From Candidatus Omnitrophota bacterium (GTDB taxonomy: Bacteria; Omnitrophota; Gorgyraeia; Gygaellales; Profunditerraquicolaceae): a stretch of DNA of 64,000 nt. Under the pieces are notes generated by a model. It saw only the letters and a list, made by a program, of their open reading frames with translations. It did no database searches and had not been told where the DNA came from. Location: positions 1,707 to 65,706 of the forward strand of contig JAGOOP010000006.1 of assembly GCA_017992455.1 (NCBI GenBank), written 5' to 3'. This document shows, one piece after another, positions 36,607 to 45,330 of this stretch; the first letter of the stretch is position 1, and every line of letters starts with the position of its first letter. A program made the translations under genes and the position numbers.

Positions 36607-38451
36607 TCAGCCGCCGATAATAACATGCGGAGCGTCATCGACCCATGTGCCGCTCGCCTGTGCGTTGAAATGGTTATTGGCATAATCTCCGCTAAAACTG
36701 CCGAGGGTCAGCGTTTTATCCGGTTCTGTGCCGACAATAGTTCCCGAGAAATTCACGTTCGGATCAAAAGATGCCGGAATCGACGTGTTCAGGAGCAACG
36801 GAGTCTGGATATCGCTCAAAGCTATTTTGTCGGTCGCCGGGTTGGTAAAATATAAACCCCATCCGGGCGCCAGGATAGAAGCGTTAAAATCCCCTCGCAT
36901 GCTCGCGGTCCAGGTACCGTCTTTTTTAAGGGTCAGATCAAGATTTGCCGCATATATTTGATCAGGCATATGGGGCACAGACACGCCGTCCCTGACAAAC
37001 GGTATCTGCGCAAGGACATCCTCGGGGAACGGCTTAAAAACCTGCTCGAACGGCGGCAAAGGCGGCAGGAGCATCTTGGCAGGATCCATAAGCGGCGGCA
37101 GCGGCCCCTTGGGCCCTTCGCCGTGGAACGGCGCGTGCGGCGGCAGAGGCGGTTTCTCAATGTTTCCTGACTGGCCGGCGAACGCCTTGCCCGGCCGATA
37201 CCCGTCCACGGGCTTATCCATAGGCATGGGGATCCCCGGGCCGACGCGCTGGTTCATGGGTGTCATTGCCGGAGCGGATATGGCGCCTGCGGGATTCACA
37301 ACGGTGTTCTGGCCCGCGAACAACTGCCGGGTCTGTCCGGTCATGACGCTCGTGACGATACCGCTTCCTCCTTCGAAGAATACGCGTGTTTCAGGGACCG
37401 GCATATCGACGGTCGGCGGAGGAACGACGATCCGCAATACCGTGCCTCTGACGCCTGACACCGCAGTCGGCGTGCGCAGCTGGAACGTCGACTTGGAATC
37501 GATCTTTTCGATCACGCCGATGACCTCCCCCACGCTCATATCAAACGTATTCTCGTAACTTCCGGTTTCCGGATCGTAGCGCAGTTTCGAGAACCCGAGC
37601 TCTGTGTCCGCCTGCAGATACAGCACATTGCCGTTGGCCATCCGGATCTCCGCTTTACCGTCTGCGCCGGTCTGGACCTTTTCGCTTTCCGAAACAACGT
37701 CCTGCGCACAAGCGGGGCGCCAGTCATCCGCATCCTTTTTATAGATCCGCACCGTGCCCGAAAGCTCAGTGATGACCGCGTTCATCTCTGCCGCGTCCTT
37801 ACCCGGGATCCATTTGCGGATCAACGCGCGCTCCACGTCCTTCCTGTGCTGCTTCATTTCGATATCCAGCATTGGACGGACATCCGAAGGCGGGTTGTCG
37901 AACGCGACAAAAACGCAATCCCCTTTGACAAGGTTGATCTCGCTTCCGGTCAAAGCGGCGGAGCCGACGGCCATGGCGCCTTCCTGCACGAACACCCCTG
38001 TCCTGCCTGCCAGATACGAAACAAAAATGTCAGAACCTTTGACGGAGCCGTGCGCATTCGGGGTGTCCACCCGGAACGTCCCGGGCCTGCCGGTCTTTGA
38101 CACAACCGCCTCGATCTTGCCTCTGGTGAGATCGACCCGGCAGAACTCGCGTTTTCCGTCAGGGCCGATCGCGAATTCCTCCAGCATCAGACAGCTTGCC
38201 GGCGCGATCCTGATGACGCTCTTGTCCAACAGTTTTATCTCTGCCTTTGAATAGTTCTTGGTCCTGATACGGTCGCCCTGATACACCGGCTGGGACTCAA
38301 CCGCGATAACGGTCTCTCCGCCGGCAGGGGGGGTCACGTCGCACACGCCTTCGATGAACGTGATCGTCCCGACCTGCGGCTGCTGGGCAACAGCGATCCC
38401 TGAACACAGTAAACAACAGAATAACAGCATAATGATCGATATCATGCGCAT
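36607..38451 (-). CDS. Secreted protein with two FecR-like domains, Pro-rich linker and C-terminal beta-rich domain
   Basis: Start moved to ATG 38451 (MRMISIIMLLFCCLLCSGIAVAQ; SD AGGAGG 8 nt upstream). FecR-like segments are GTITFIEGVCDV...YQGDRIRTKNYSKAEIKLLD and LSGTVRIYKKDADDWRP...VQTGADGKAEIRMANG. Confidence 0.8.
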   Translation of the reverse strand: MRMISIIMLLFCCLLCSGIAVAQQPQVGTITFIEGVCDVTPPAGGETVIAVESQPVYQGDRIRTKNYSKAEIKLLDKSVIRIAPASCLMLEEFAIGPDGKREFCRVDLTRGKIEAVVSKTGRPGTFRVDTPNAHGSVKGSDIFVSYLAGRTGVFVQEGAMAVGSAALTGSEINLVKGDCVFVAFDNPPSDVRPMLDIEMKQHRKDVERALIRKWIPGKDAAEMNAVITELSGTVRIYKKDADDWRPACAQDVVSESEKVQTGADGKAEIRMANGNVLYLQADTELGFSKLRYDPETGSYENTFDMSVGEVIGVIEKIDSKSTFQLRTPTAVSGVRGTVLRIVVPPPTVDMPVPETRVFFEGGSGIVTSVMTGQTRQLFAGQNTVVNPAGAISAPAMTPMNQRVGPGIPMPMDKPVDGYRPGKAFAGQSGNIEKPPLPPHAPFHGEGPKGPLPPLMDPAKMLLPPLPPFEQVFKPFPEDVLAQIPFVRDGVSVPHMPDQIYAANLDLTLKKDGTWTASMRGDFNASILAPGWGLYFTNPATDKIALSDIQTPLLLNTSIPASFDPNVNFSGTIVGTEPDKTLTLGSFSGDYANNHFNAQASGTWVDDAPHVIIGG

Positions 38452-38476
38452 ATCAAACGCCTCCTGAGGACGCATT

Positions 38477-40009
38477 TTAAAAACGCCACTGCGTCCCGAT
38501 GCTGTACAGGTTCTTCTTATATTTGTACACGCCGATGCTGGCGCCGTCGTATATAAACGTATGCTGCAGCTGCAGCTCGAAGTCCCGGAATATCTCCCAG
38601 GAGAACAGGTTTGCAAGCGTCACCACATTGTCATGCCGGGCTTTGCTGTAGGTCGTATTATCGTGTTCGAAATCCTGCCGGTAATAATCGGCGACAAAAT
38701 TCCATTTATAATCCTGCGCAAAAGGCACCGCGGCCATACACGTCAGCCGGTGGCCCGCATAGGTCCAGTTGCGGCCGTCCGCTTCCTCATAATTAGCAGC
38801 ATAGCGCACATTCACGAACCCTTCGTTATTACTGCCGAAGAACCGGTACCAGCCGGCCGAAACAAGGTGGTCATGGCTGTCCCTGCGCTCGTCCTCGCTC
38901 GACGCGGACCAGAAATAATTCTTCGCGTTATACTGCAGCTGCACCTGGGCCATGGTCCTTTTGCCGAGCATGAAATTGCTTATGACCCCGGCGCCGGATG
39001 TTTCCGAATACCGTTCTTCGTTCACCGAAACGTAATTAAAATGCATCGGCAGGGCGATCGACGCTTTTTCGAAATACAGAACCGGCTGCACGGGAAAATC
39101 GTAACTGCGCACGTCATAGTAGCCGATATCGTCGTGCTTGGAACCGTAGCCCGAAAAACCGAATTTCAGCGCGGCTTTGTCCGTCGGCTTCACGGTGTAT
39201 TCCGCCTGCGCGGTGGCCACATGCACGAGATCGTGCTCCTTCGATACCGAAGTGCTCAACGCCTCGTCGTTCGGTTTGCAGACGACATTGTCATCGTACT
39301 GGAACGCGTAGCCGACGCTGCCGCGGAAATTCTTCTGCGCGTCCTGCGCGCGCTCGATCGCCTTCATATATTCGTTCGCATACCCGGCGAGATCGGTCGC
39401 CGGGTCCTTGACGATGATCTCCGTGAAGATGCCGCGGGCTTTGCGGTAATCCTTCATCTGCGTGTAAATAAGCCCTTGCTGATAGGCCACGGCCTGCGCA
39501 AGAGACGCATCGAGGCTCCGGGCGTCGGCGAACGCCTTCAAAGCCGCTTCGAGATCGATCCCCTCTTTTGCAAGCACCAGGCCCTTGAAGAACGCCACCT
39601 GCGCAGGGGACACGAAATCCTGCTCGGCGCGGCCGATCCATTTCTTCGCCTCGTCGAGCTCGTCGCACTGATATAACAGATCGATGAGCTCGGGCAGGGC
39701 CTGCTCTATGACCGGCTCGAGCGTGACGGCTTCGACGAGATACGGCCTGGCCGACGGGTAATCCTGGAGCCGCTTGTATGTCATGCCCAGATAATACGCG
39801 GCCTCGCTCGAACGCGGCTTTTCCGCCTTCAGTTGTTTGAACCGGTCAAGCGCCTCTTCGAAATTTTCATGCTGGAAAAGCCAGCGCGCCTGTTCGAAAG
39901 ATGAAACGGAAGGTGTTTCGGCGAGCGCGCGGGAAGGATCGGCGAAGCAGGCAATGACTGCAGTGAACGATATGAACAGCAAAAATAACGCGGTCTTTTT
40001 CGCTCCCAT
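38477..40009 (-). CDS. TPR-repeat N-domain + outer-membrane beta-barrel protein (architecture reminiscent of DUF560/Slam-type proteins)
   Basis: 510 aa with a signal peptide. TPR-like repeats (AYYLGMTYKRLQDYPSARPYLVEAV...). The C-terminal ~300 aa has a strand pattern ending ...YSIGTQWRF. The family assignment is tentative. Confidence 0.7.
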   Translation of the reverse strand: MGAKKTALFLLFISFTAVIACFADPSRALAETPSVSSFEQARWLFQHENFEEALDRFKQLKAEKPRSSEAAYYLGMTYKRLQDYPSARPYLVEAVTLEPVIEQALPELIDLLYQCDELDEAKKWIGRAEQDFVSPAQVAFFKGLVLAKEGIDLEAALKAFADARSLDASLAQAVAYQQGLIYTQMKDYRKARGIFTEIIVKDPATDLAGYANEYMKAIERAQDAQKNFRGSVGYAFQYDDNVVCKPNDEALSTSVSKEHDLVHVATAQAEYTVKPTDKAALKFGFSGYGSKHDDIGYYDVRSYDFPVQPVLYFEKASIALPMHFNYVSVNEERYSETSGAGVISNFMLGKRTMAQVQLQYNAKNYFWSASSEDERRDSHDHLVSAGWYRFFGSNNEGFVNVRYAANYEEADGRNWTYAGHRLTCMAAVPFAQDYKWNFVADYYRQDFEHDNTTYSKARHDNVVTLANLFSWEIFRDFELQLQHTFIYDGASIGVYKYKKNLYSIGTQWRF

Positions 40010-40030
40010 GAAAAAAAAGCGCTTCCCCTT

Positions 40031-41815
40031 TTATGTGCCCTGCGGCGCAGGTTCGGGCTGCGGCGCGGCTTCGGGCGCGGTCCCGGCCTGCGATGCGGCT
40101 TCAGGCGCGGTTCCGGATGCCTCCTCGGCCTGAGCCTGTTTTTCGAACACCGTCAGCGTGAATTCAATGGGCACGAATCCCATGCTGCCCTGCGTCTCTT
40201 TGTTCCTGCCTATGCTCAATCGGGAGCTGTCCGTGAAGCCGCACGCGACGATGAAATCATACACGGTCTTTGCGCGCGCGTCGGCAAGCTTCGAGAACAC
40301 GGTCCTGTCGTTCGGCGGCGTTTCGATGATCCTTTTCTTAAGCTCAGCGTTCAACGTCGCGGCATCGAGATCCGAATACTTGCCCCGCAGTTCCTTGGTC
40401 AGGTTCCAGAATGACATGATGCCGAACCGCTTCTGATAGAGTTCCTGATACACCATATCCTCGGTGCGCTTGGGAAGTTTCATCAGCGCCTCGAAATCCC
40501 GGTTGAAGACCTCGGTTGTCATGGTCTGCCAGTCCAGGACAGGGTCATACGTGCCGTTGACCTCGATGCGCAGTTTCGGCCGCTCAAGCAAACCATTGAC
40601 GAGGATCTTGAGCTTCTCCTGTTCTTCCTCGGAAAGGCCGGATGTGCCCGGAACAAAACGCGTCATGCCCGGCTCTTCGGTGCCTGAGTCCGCGCCGAGC
40701 ATTTGCGCCATGAACATGAACGGCGATGTGACGAGCTTCATGAAAAAGTTCCTGACCACCCCGAATACGAGATGGCTGTATTTGAACTGCGGGTCAGACA
40801 TGTCCCCCGAAACGGGAAGCGATATCTTGATGCGGCCCTGCGGGTCTTCAAGAAGCGCGATCGCAAGGTTGAACGGCAGGTTCAATGCGTCCTTGCTCTC
40901 GATTTTCTCGCCGAAGCCGAAACGCTGGATCATCAATTTATGGCTCGCCTTGATCTTGTTGTCCTCGATCTTGTAGGTCATCTTCACGTCGAGCTTGCCG
41001 TCCCCGACCGCGCGGCCGGTATACTTGCCCGCATAGGGGGTCACGACCTGCAATGCGTAATTATTGAGGGAGAACGTGGTCTCCAGGCGCAGAGGCTGGA
41101 CGAACGGTTCGACGAGCGCTTCGGTCGCGATCTCGCCCTTTTCGTCAAGTCTGGCCTGAAAATCCACCCGCACCTGAGCATCCGGCTTGGTGGTGACGCC
41201 GGTGACGCGGATGTCAATATTGTTGATGGAGGTTGAGAAATTCGGGCTGACCGATTGATCGGTAAAGCTCACCGTGCCCTTCTGGACAGTGATGATATCG
41301 ACGATCACCAGCGGCAGCGGTTTGGATCCGGCAGACGCAGCCTGCGGGCCTGCGGCACCTGTATCCGGGGCCTGCGGCTCCTTCTGCTCCGGCGTGCCGC
41401 TCTGCGCGGCAGCAGGCTCAGCTGCCTGCGGCACGAGGCTCATCAAATTGATCGTTCCGTCTGCCTGCAGGATGGCGTTCACGGCCAGGCCGTCGAGATT
41501 GATTGACTCGACCCTGATCTCTTTCCTGAAAAGCTTGAGAAAGCTGACATCGACGGAGAACCTGTTAAACCCTGCCATCACCCGCTTATCCGCATCAGTG
41601 ATCTGAAAGCCGTTGACGCTCAGGCGCCACAGGAACGGATTGAACAATATCGCGCGCACGGACACGGGAGTCTTGAGGATCTTTGTTGCCTGGCTCTTGA
41701 CCGCCCATGTCCCCCCGACCGGGATAATGACAAGGCACAGAAACAGATAAAAGATAAAAACGCCGATGATGATCTTTGCCGTAATACCGAGGATCGTGCG
41801 TAAGAGAGACGGCAT
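40031..41815 (-). CDS. DUF748/AsmA-like envelope protein
   Basis: 594 aa. N-terminal TM anchor, then repeated beta-rich segments typical of DUF748 as I remember the family (FNRFSVDVSFLKLFRKEIRVESINLDGLAVN). Ala/Pro-rich tail. SD aaggggg. Confidence 0.6.
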   Translation of the reverse strand: MPSLLRTILGITAKIIIGVFIFYLFLCLVIIPVGGTWAVKSQATKILKTPVSVRAILFNPFLWRLSVNGFQITDADKRVMAGFNRFSVDVSFLKLFRKEIRVESINLDGLAVNAILQADGTINLMSLVPQAAEPAAAQSGTPEQKEPQAPDTGAAGPQAASAGSKPLPLVIVDIITVQKGTVSFTDQSVSPNFSTSINNIDIRVTGVTTKPDAQVRVDFQARLDEKGEIATEALVEPFVQPLRLETTFSLNNYALQVVTPYAGKYTGRAVGDGKLDVKMTYKIEDNKIKASHKLMIQRFGFGEKIESKDALNLPFNLAIALLEDPQGRIKISLPVSGDMSDPQFKYSHLVFGVVRNFFMKLVTSPFMFMAQMLGADSGTEEPGMTRFVPGTSGLSEEEQEKLKILVNGLLERPKLRIEVNGTYDPVLDWQTMTTEVFNRDFEALMKLPKRTEDMVYQELYQKRFGIMSFWNLTKELRGKYSDLDAATLNAELKKRIIETPPNDRTVFSKLADARAKTVYDFIVACGFTDSSRLSIGRNKETQGSMGFVPIEFTLTVFEKQAQAEEASGTAPEAASQAGTAPEAAPQPEPAPQGT

Positions 41816-41830
41816 AAGCGCCCCCTTTCT

Positions 41831-42589
41831 TTAAATAAAAACAATGCTGACAGCCATCACCGCCATGCCGAAGATAACGCCCAGGATGGAAATATGGTAC
41901 CCTTCGTCCTGGCAGGACAAGGGCAAAAGCTCGTCGAAACTGATAAAGACCATGACGCCTGCGACCAGGGCAAGGGAAAAAGACAGGACAAAGGCGTTCA
42001 AGAACGGCATCAGGATAAGTATCGCGATGACCGCGCCCGCGGGTTCGGCGAACCCCGAAAGGAACGAATAGAAGAACGCCTTGCGCTTGCTCTTCGTCGC
42101 ATAAAATATGGGCATGGCGACCGCGACACCTTCGGGAATATTGTGCAATGCGATAGCGATCGCAAGGACGACGCCGAGCTTTACATCCGCGAGCGCGGAC
42201 ATGAATACCGCAATGCCCTCGGGGAAATTATGGATCGCGATCCCGATGGCCGTGAATACGCCCGCGGACATGAGCTTCTTGTCATGGACATCTTTATGGA
42301 TATGCTCTGCGATATATTCGTGCGGGATGAAAAAATCGATCAGCATGACAAAGACGATGCCGCCGAAGAAAGCGATGTTCGCCTGCACGGGACCGATATG
42401 CCGTATCGCCTCAGGCAGAAGCTCGACCAATGAGACATACAGCATGACCCCGCCCGACATGCCGAGGAAGAACTGAAGGTGTGACCGTTTAAAATCCCTG
42501 ATAAAGAAGGTGATGCAGCTGCCGATCACCGTGAACAACCCGGCAAGCAGGCTCAAAAGCAGCGGGAACCATATCTGAGTGGTGACCAT
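41831..42589 (-). CDS. zupT: ZIP-family zinc transporter ZupT
   Basis: About 8 TMs. HNFPEGIAV and HNIPEGVAVAMP motifs. ATG 42589 preferred over the TTG at 42592 in the ORF track. Confidence 0.85.
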   Translation of the reverse strand: MVTTQIWFPLLLSLLAGLFTVIGSCITFFIRDFKRSHLQFFLGMSGGVMLYVSLVELLPEAIRHIGPVQANIAFFGGIVFVMLIDFFIPHEYIAEHIHKDVHDKKLMSAGVFTAIGIAIHNFPEGIAVFMSALADVKLGVVLAIAIALHNIPEGVAVAMPIFYATKSKRKAFFYSFLSGFAEPAGAVIAILILMPFLNAFVLSFSLALVAGVMVFISFDELLPLSCQDEGYHISILGVIFGMAVMAVSIVFI

Positions 42590-42636
42590 CAAACTCCTTG
42601 ATGAAAATGACCGCGCGCGATGTTTTCTCAGATACG

Positions 42637-42665
42637 ATTCTACCCCAAAGACAAGCGACCCGCAA
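42637..42665 (-). promoter_or_regulatory. Candidate sigma70-type promoter of zupT
   Basis: Minus strand: TTGCGG (42660-42665), 17 nt, TAGAAT (42637-42642). It lies directly downstream of the single REP-B copy. Confidence 0.4.
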
Positions 42666-42673
42666 GAAAAAAC

Positions 42674-43372
42674 TCACCCCTCAAAAAAGGGGGACGCTTC
42701 CCTTTTTTTCCGCGGGCGCCCTATCAGAGGAATTCCCATTTTTATGCCATTCTGCCGACATAATGCTTCAATATAGCGATCGCTGCCGATGATCGCCGCT
42801 CTGGCCAGCTTAGCTGAGTTGACAAGTATATCGTTTACCACGAATTTGATATACCTTTCCCGCCTTGCGAGCGGATGTTCCGCCAGCTCGATATACTCAG
42901 GGCTGTCGCTGACAACATCATCGGGAATACCAAACGCATAATGGCGATAACTGCTAAAACGATAATCCTCCGGCATACGCACCATACCAGCCCGGACAGG
43001 ATTAAGTTCGATATATTTGCCGCACTGCAATAAGTACACGTTGGTTTCAATAACATTACTTTTATATCTTCCCTGCCAAACATGTCCGTAATACCCGTAT
43101 TTCCTTCTGTAAAAATTATAATACGATAGGTTCAACTGCTTCATAAACTTTGCGAACCGACTCATCTGGATAATCCATGCAATAAAATGAATGTGAGTCG
43201 CCATGATGCAGTAATGGAATATATCGATCTTATTCTCGGTTTTCAACTCTTTCAACAATTTCCAGTAAAAAAGCTTGTCGCTGTCGTCATGGAAAACGAC
43301 TTGTTTGTTATTGCCCCTGCACATAACATGCAGAGCTGAATCTTGCGGGACTATCCTGCTATGTCTCGGCAT
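42674..43372 (-). CDS. REP-associated tyrosine transposase (RAYT; IS200/IS605 Y1 transposase superfamily)
   Basis: Start moved to ATG 43372 (MPRHSRIV...; SD GGAGG). HUH motif in CIMATHIHFIAW and catalytic-Tyr helix GKYIELNPVRAGMV. The last codons (REASPFFEG) are encoded by a REP-B copy. Confidence 0.85.
   Translation of the reverse strand: MPRHSRIVPQDSALHVMCRGNNKQVVFHDDSDKLFYWKLLKELKTENKIDIFHYCIMATHIHFIAWIIQMSRFAKFMKQLNLSYYNFYRRKYGYYGHVWQGRYKSNVIETNVYLLQCGKYIELNPVRAGMVRMPEDYRFSSYRHYAFGIPDDVVSDSPEYIELAEHPLARRERYIKFVVNDILVNSAKLARAAIIGSDRYIEALCRQNGIKMGIPLIGRPRKKREASPFFEG
42683..42709 (+). repeat. REP-B single copy (aaaaaaGGGGGACGCTTCCCttttttt)
   Basis: Core 42689-42702. It lies within the 3' end of the RAYT CDS. 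Confidence 0.8.
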
Positions 43373-43427
43373 GGTGGATCCTCCTTCCTTTAAAAGAATA
43401 GACGCGCCAGAAAGGAAAATCTCACTT

Positions 43428-43501
43428 AAAAAAAAGGGGGACGCTTCCCTTTTCCTCGCAAGCTGGCTTGCCGGGGAAAAGGGAAGCGTCCCCCTTTTTT
43501 T
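43428..43501 (-). terminator. REP-B inverted pair forming a 27-28-bp hairpin terminator
   Basis: 43428-43455 (aaaaaaaagggggacgcttcccttttcc) pairs with 43475-43501. The loop has a mini-hairpin gcaagc/gcttgc. It begins at the YeeE-like stop codon (43500) and is followed by a U-run on the minus strand. Confidence 0.8.
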
Positions 43502-44021
43502 ATTTAGTCTCGAACAGCGCAAAAAGCGCGATCACGCCAATGATCACCAGCGGTATGACAACCCAGTGATTGACATGCAGGATCTGCGGTATGGTGATCT
43601 TGCCAAGATCAGCCCAGGTCAGAACGGTTTTTTTGAGGAACGGGTACATATGCGAGAATATCCCCGCGCCCGTTACCATGCCCAGGACAGCCCAGAACGC
43701 ATCCACGCGGCCCTCGCCCAGCGCAGCCAGGGACGTCGCAGGGCAATACCCGACAAGCGCCCAGCCGGCGCCGAACAAGAGCCCGCCGAATATCACCGCG
43801 CCCAGTATCGCCGGCTTGACCGCAAGTTTGACGATCCCGGCATCCTTGAGAATATAGATACCCACCATCCCGAAGATGATCGCAGAGAACATGAATTTGA
43901 TCACGGTCATATCCTTGAACAAGAGCACATTGATCTGCCTGTCGAACCGGATCACCTGCGCGCGCTGAAGAAGAATACCGAAAACGATCCCCGTGATCAA
44001 TCCGATAAGGTTCGTATTCAT
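43500..44021 (-). CDS. YeeE/YedE family (sulfur-compound transport) membrane protein, second half-gene
   Basis: 173 aa from ATG 44021 (MNTNLIGLITGIVFGILLQR...; SD AAGGAGG; ATGA overlap with the upstream stop). GYCPATS motif. The 352-aa ORF-track call is an artefactual upstream extension. Confidence 0.8.
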   Translation of the reverse strand: MNTNLIGLITGIVFGILLQRAQVIRFDRQINVLLFKDMTVIKFMFSAIIFGMVGIYILKDAGIVKLAVKPAILGAVIFGGLLFGAGWALVGYCPATSLAALGEGRVDAFWAVLGMVTGAGIFSHMYPFLKKTVLTWADLGKITIPQILHVNHWVVIPLVIIGVIALFALFETK

Positions 44022-44539
44022 CTGGGCCTCCTTTGCGCATACAGCAGGCGCGCGACCACAATGCCGCCGGCAAAGAAACATACCATGGCGATAAGGCTTC
44101 CTGCCGAGAGCTGCATCATTCCGCTCAATCCGTGGCCGCTCGGGCAGCCGTCCGCGAGCCGCGCGCCGATCATCGCGATGATGCCGCCGAAGAAAGCGAC
44201 GATCGCCCGTTTGACCGCGCTGTTGCCGAACCTTTGACGCCAGACCTCGGGCACCGCTTTGATTGCAAAGCTCTTTGTCGCAAGAGAAATAAGGAACGAG
44301 CCGACGAGCACTCCGGTGACGAACATCCACTGCCATTCGATCTTCGGCTCCTCCTTGATGTAATAATCCATGCGCGCGACCATCGAAGGGTTGAAGAATC
44401 TCTCCACAAACCCGGCCGCCCGCACAAAGGTGGTGGACGCGCCGAAGAACTTTCCCGTGATCCAGACCGACGCGACCGCAAGCAGGCCGGTGAGCGCGCC
44501 TCCGATATACGGGTTCAGGGCTTTTGTATCTCTTGCCAT
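44018..44539 (-). CDS. YeeE/YedE family membrane protein, first half-gene
   Basis: 173 aa. ...GARLADGCPSGHGLSG... motif and 4 TMs. SD AAGGAGG. Confidence 0.8.
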   Translation of the reverse strand: MARDTKALNPYIGGALTGLLAVASVWITGKFFGASTTFVRAAGFVERFFNPSMVARMDYYIKEEPKIEWQWMFVTGVLVGSFLISLATKSFAIKAVPEVWRQRFGNSAVKRAIVAFFGGIIAMIGARLADGCPSGHGLSGMMQLSAGSLIAMVCFFAGGIVVARLLYAQRRPR

Positions 44540-44584
44540 AGCATCCTCCTTCTTGCACGGATCTCTGACAGATGCAGGCGCGTA

Positions 44585-44983
44585 TTATTTATACACAACG
44601 CCCCTGTTATCTTTCAGTGCGCCGTCCTGGTCTATGGTAAAAAAACGGGCGGGATTGTTCTTGCTCGCCGCCTTGACGATGAATTCATAGCGGGTAGGGA
44701 CCTCAAGCGTATATGTAAAATACCGGTCTTTCGTGTTCAGATCACCGCACAGCAGCTTTGACCATGAAGACGCGTAGCGTTCGTCGGGCGCAGAATATGC
44801 GAACGCGTCTTTTTCAGCCTGGAACGCGAGCTTCAGATTGATGCGGGCATTGCGTTCTTTTTCAAGCGCGCCGTTATACACCATCGTGCCCGCCAGGAGG
44901 ACCAGAATGATGACAACGACAAGCAGTTCGATCAGGGAAAAACCCCTGTGCGGGCCCGGTTTAATTATTCGGGAAATGGACAT
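44585..44983 (-). CDS. Prepilin-type N-terminal cleavage/methylation domain protein (pilin/pseudopilin)
   Basis: 132 aa from ATG 44983. MSISRIIKPGPHRG|FSLIELLVVVIILVLLAG has the G-F cleavage site and Glu+5. Confidence 0.8.
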   Translation of the reverse strand: MSISRIIKPGPHRGFSLIELLVVVIILVLLAGTMVYNGALEKERNARINLKLAFQAEKDAFAYSAPDERYASSWSKLLCGDLNTKDRYFTYTLEVPTRYEFIVKAASKNNPARFFTIDQDGALKDNRGVVYK

Positions 44984-45302
44984 GACCGGTGACTTTCCAT
45001 TTTGTGACCGCGGTACGGGAGGGCAAACTGACCTTGACCGTACCGGTATCGTATATAAGCGTCGGATTCCCCGCGGGCAAAGCAGCGATGTCTTTCTGCG
45101 CGAATACGACCTGGGTATCGGTCTCCCGGGCTGTCTGATAACATGCCGCGGCTTCCCACAACTCGTCATACCAGGCGCCGATATTGCCGGCATCGCTCGA
45201 AGAATACGGGGACGGGGCATTGGTCGCTCCCAGATACGCAATACACCCCAGGACTGCGCCGGCGACTGCCATACTCATGATCACTGCTCGCTTAACCGTC
45301 AT
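44961..45302 (-). CDS. Small membrane-anchored protein, paralog of 45540-45869 (C-terminal TKW..GH.H motif)
   Basis: 113 aa from ATG 45302 (SD AAGGAGG). One TM, then WYDELWEAAACY ... VTKWKVTGHVHF. Confidence 0.6.
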   Translation of the reverse strand: MTVKRAVIMSMAVAGAVLGCIAYLGATNAPSPYSSSDAGNIGAWYDELWEAAACYQTARETDTQVVFAQKDIAALPAGNPTLIYDTGTVKVSLPSRTAVTKWKVTGHVHFPNN

Positions 45303-45330
45303 GCGTTCCTCCTTAAGATCGTGCCGCCGG

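Larger units (their letters stand above)
42674..43501 (-). mobile_element. RAYT-REP unit: REP-associated tyrosine transposase gene flanked by REP-B copies
   Basis: The gene (42674-43372) has a single REP-B at 42683-42709 and an inverted REP-B pair at 43428-43501. It looks visibly more AT-rich than its neighbours. Confidence 0.75.

Noticed and set aside
43500-44558. 352-aa ORF-track call spanning both YeeE/YedE genes
   Set aside because: Only its last 173 aa (from ATG 44021, with SD and an ATGA junction) look like a membrane protein. The upstream part is an out-of-frame read-through of the real gene at 44018-44539, with an Arg/Gly-rich nonsense composition.
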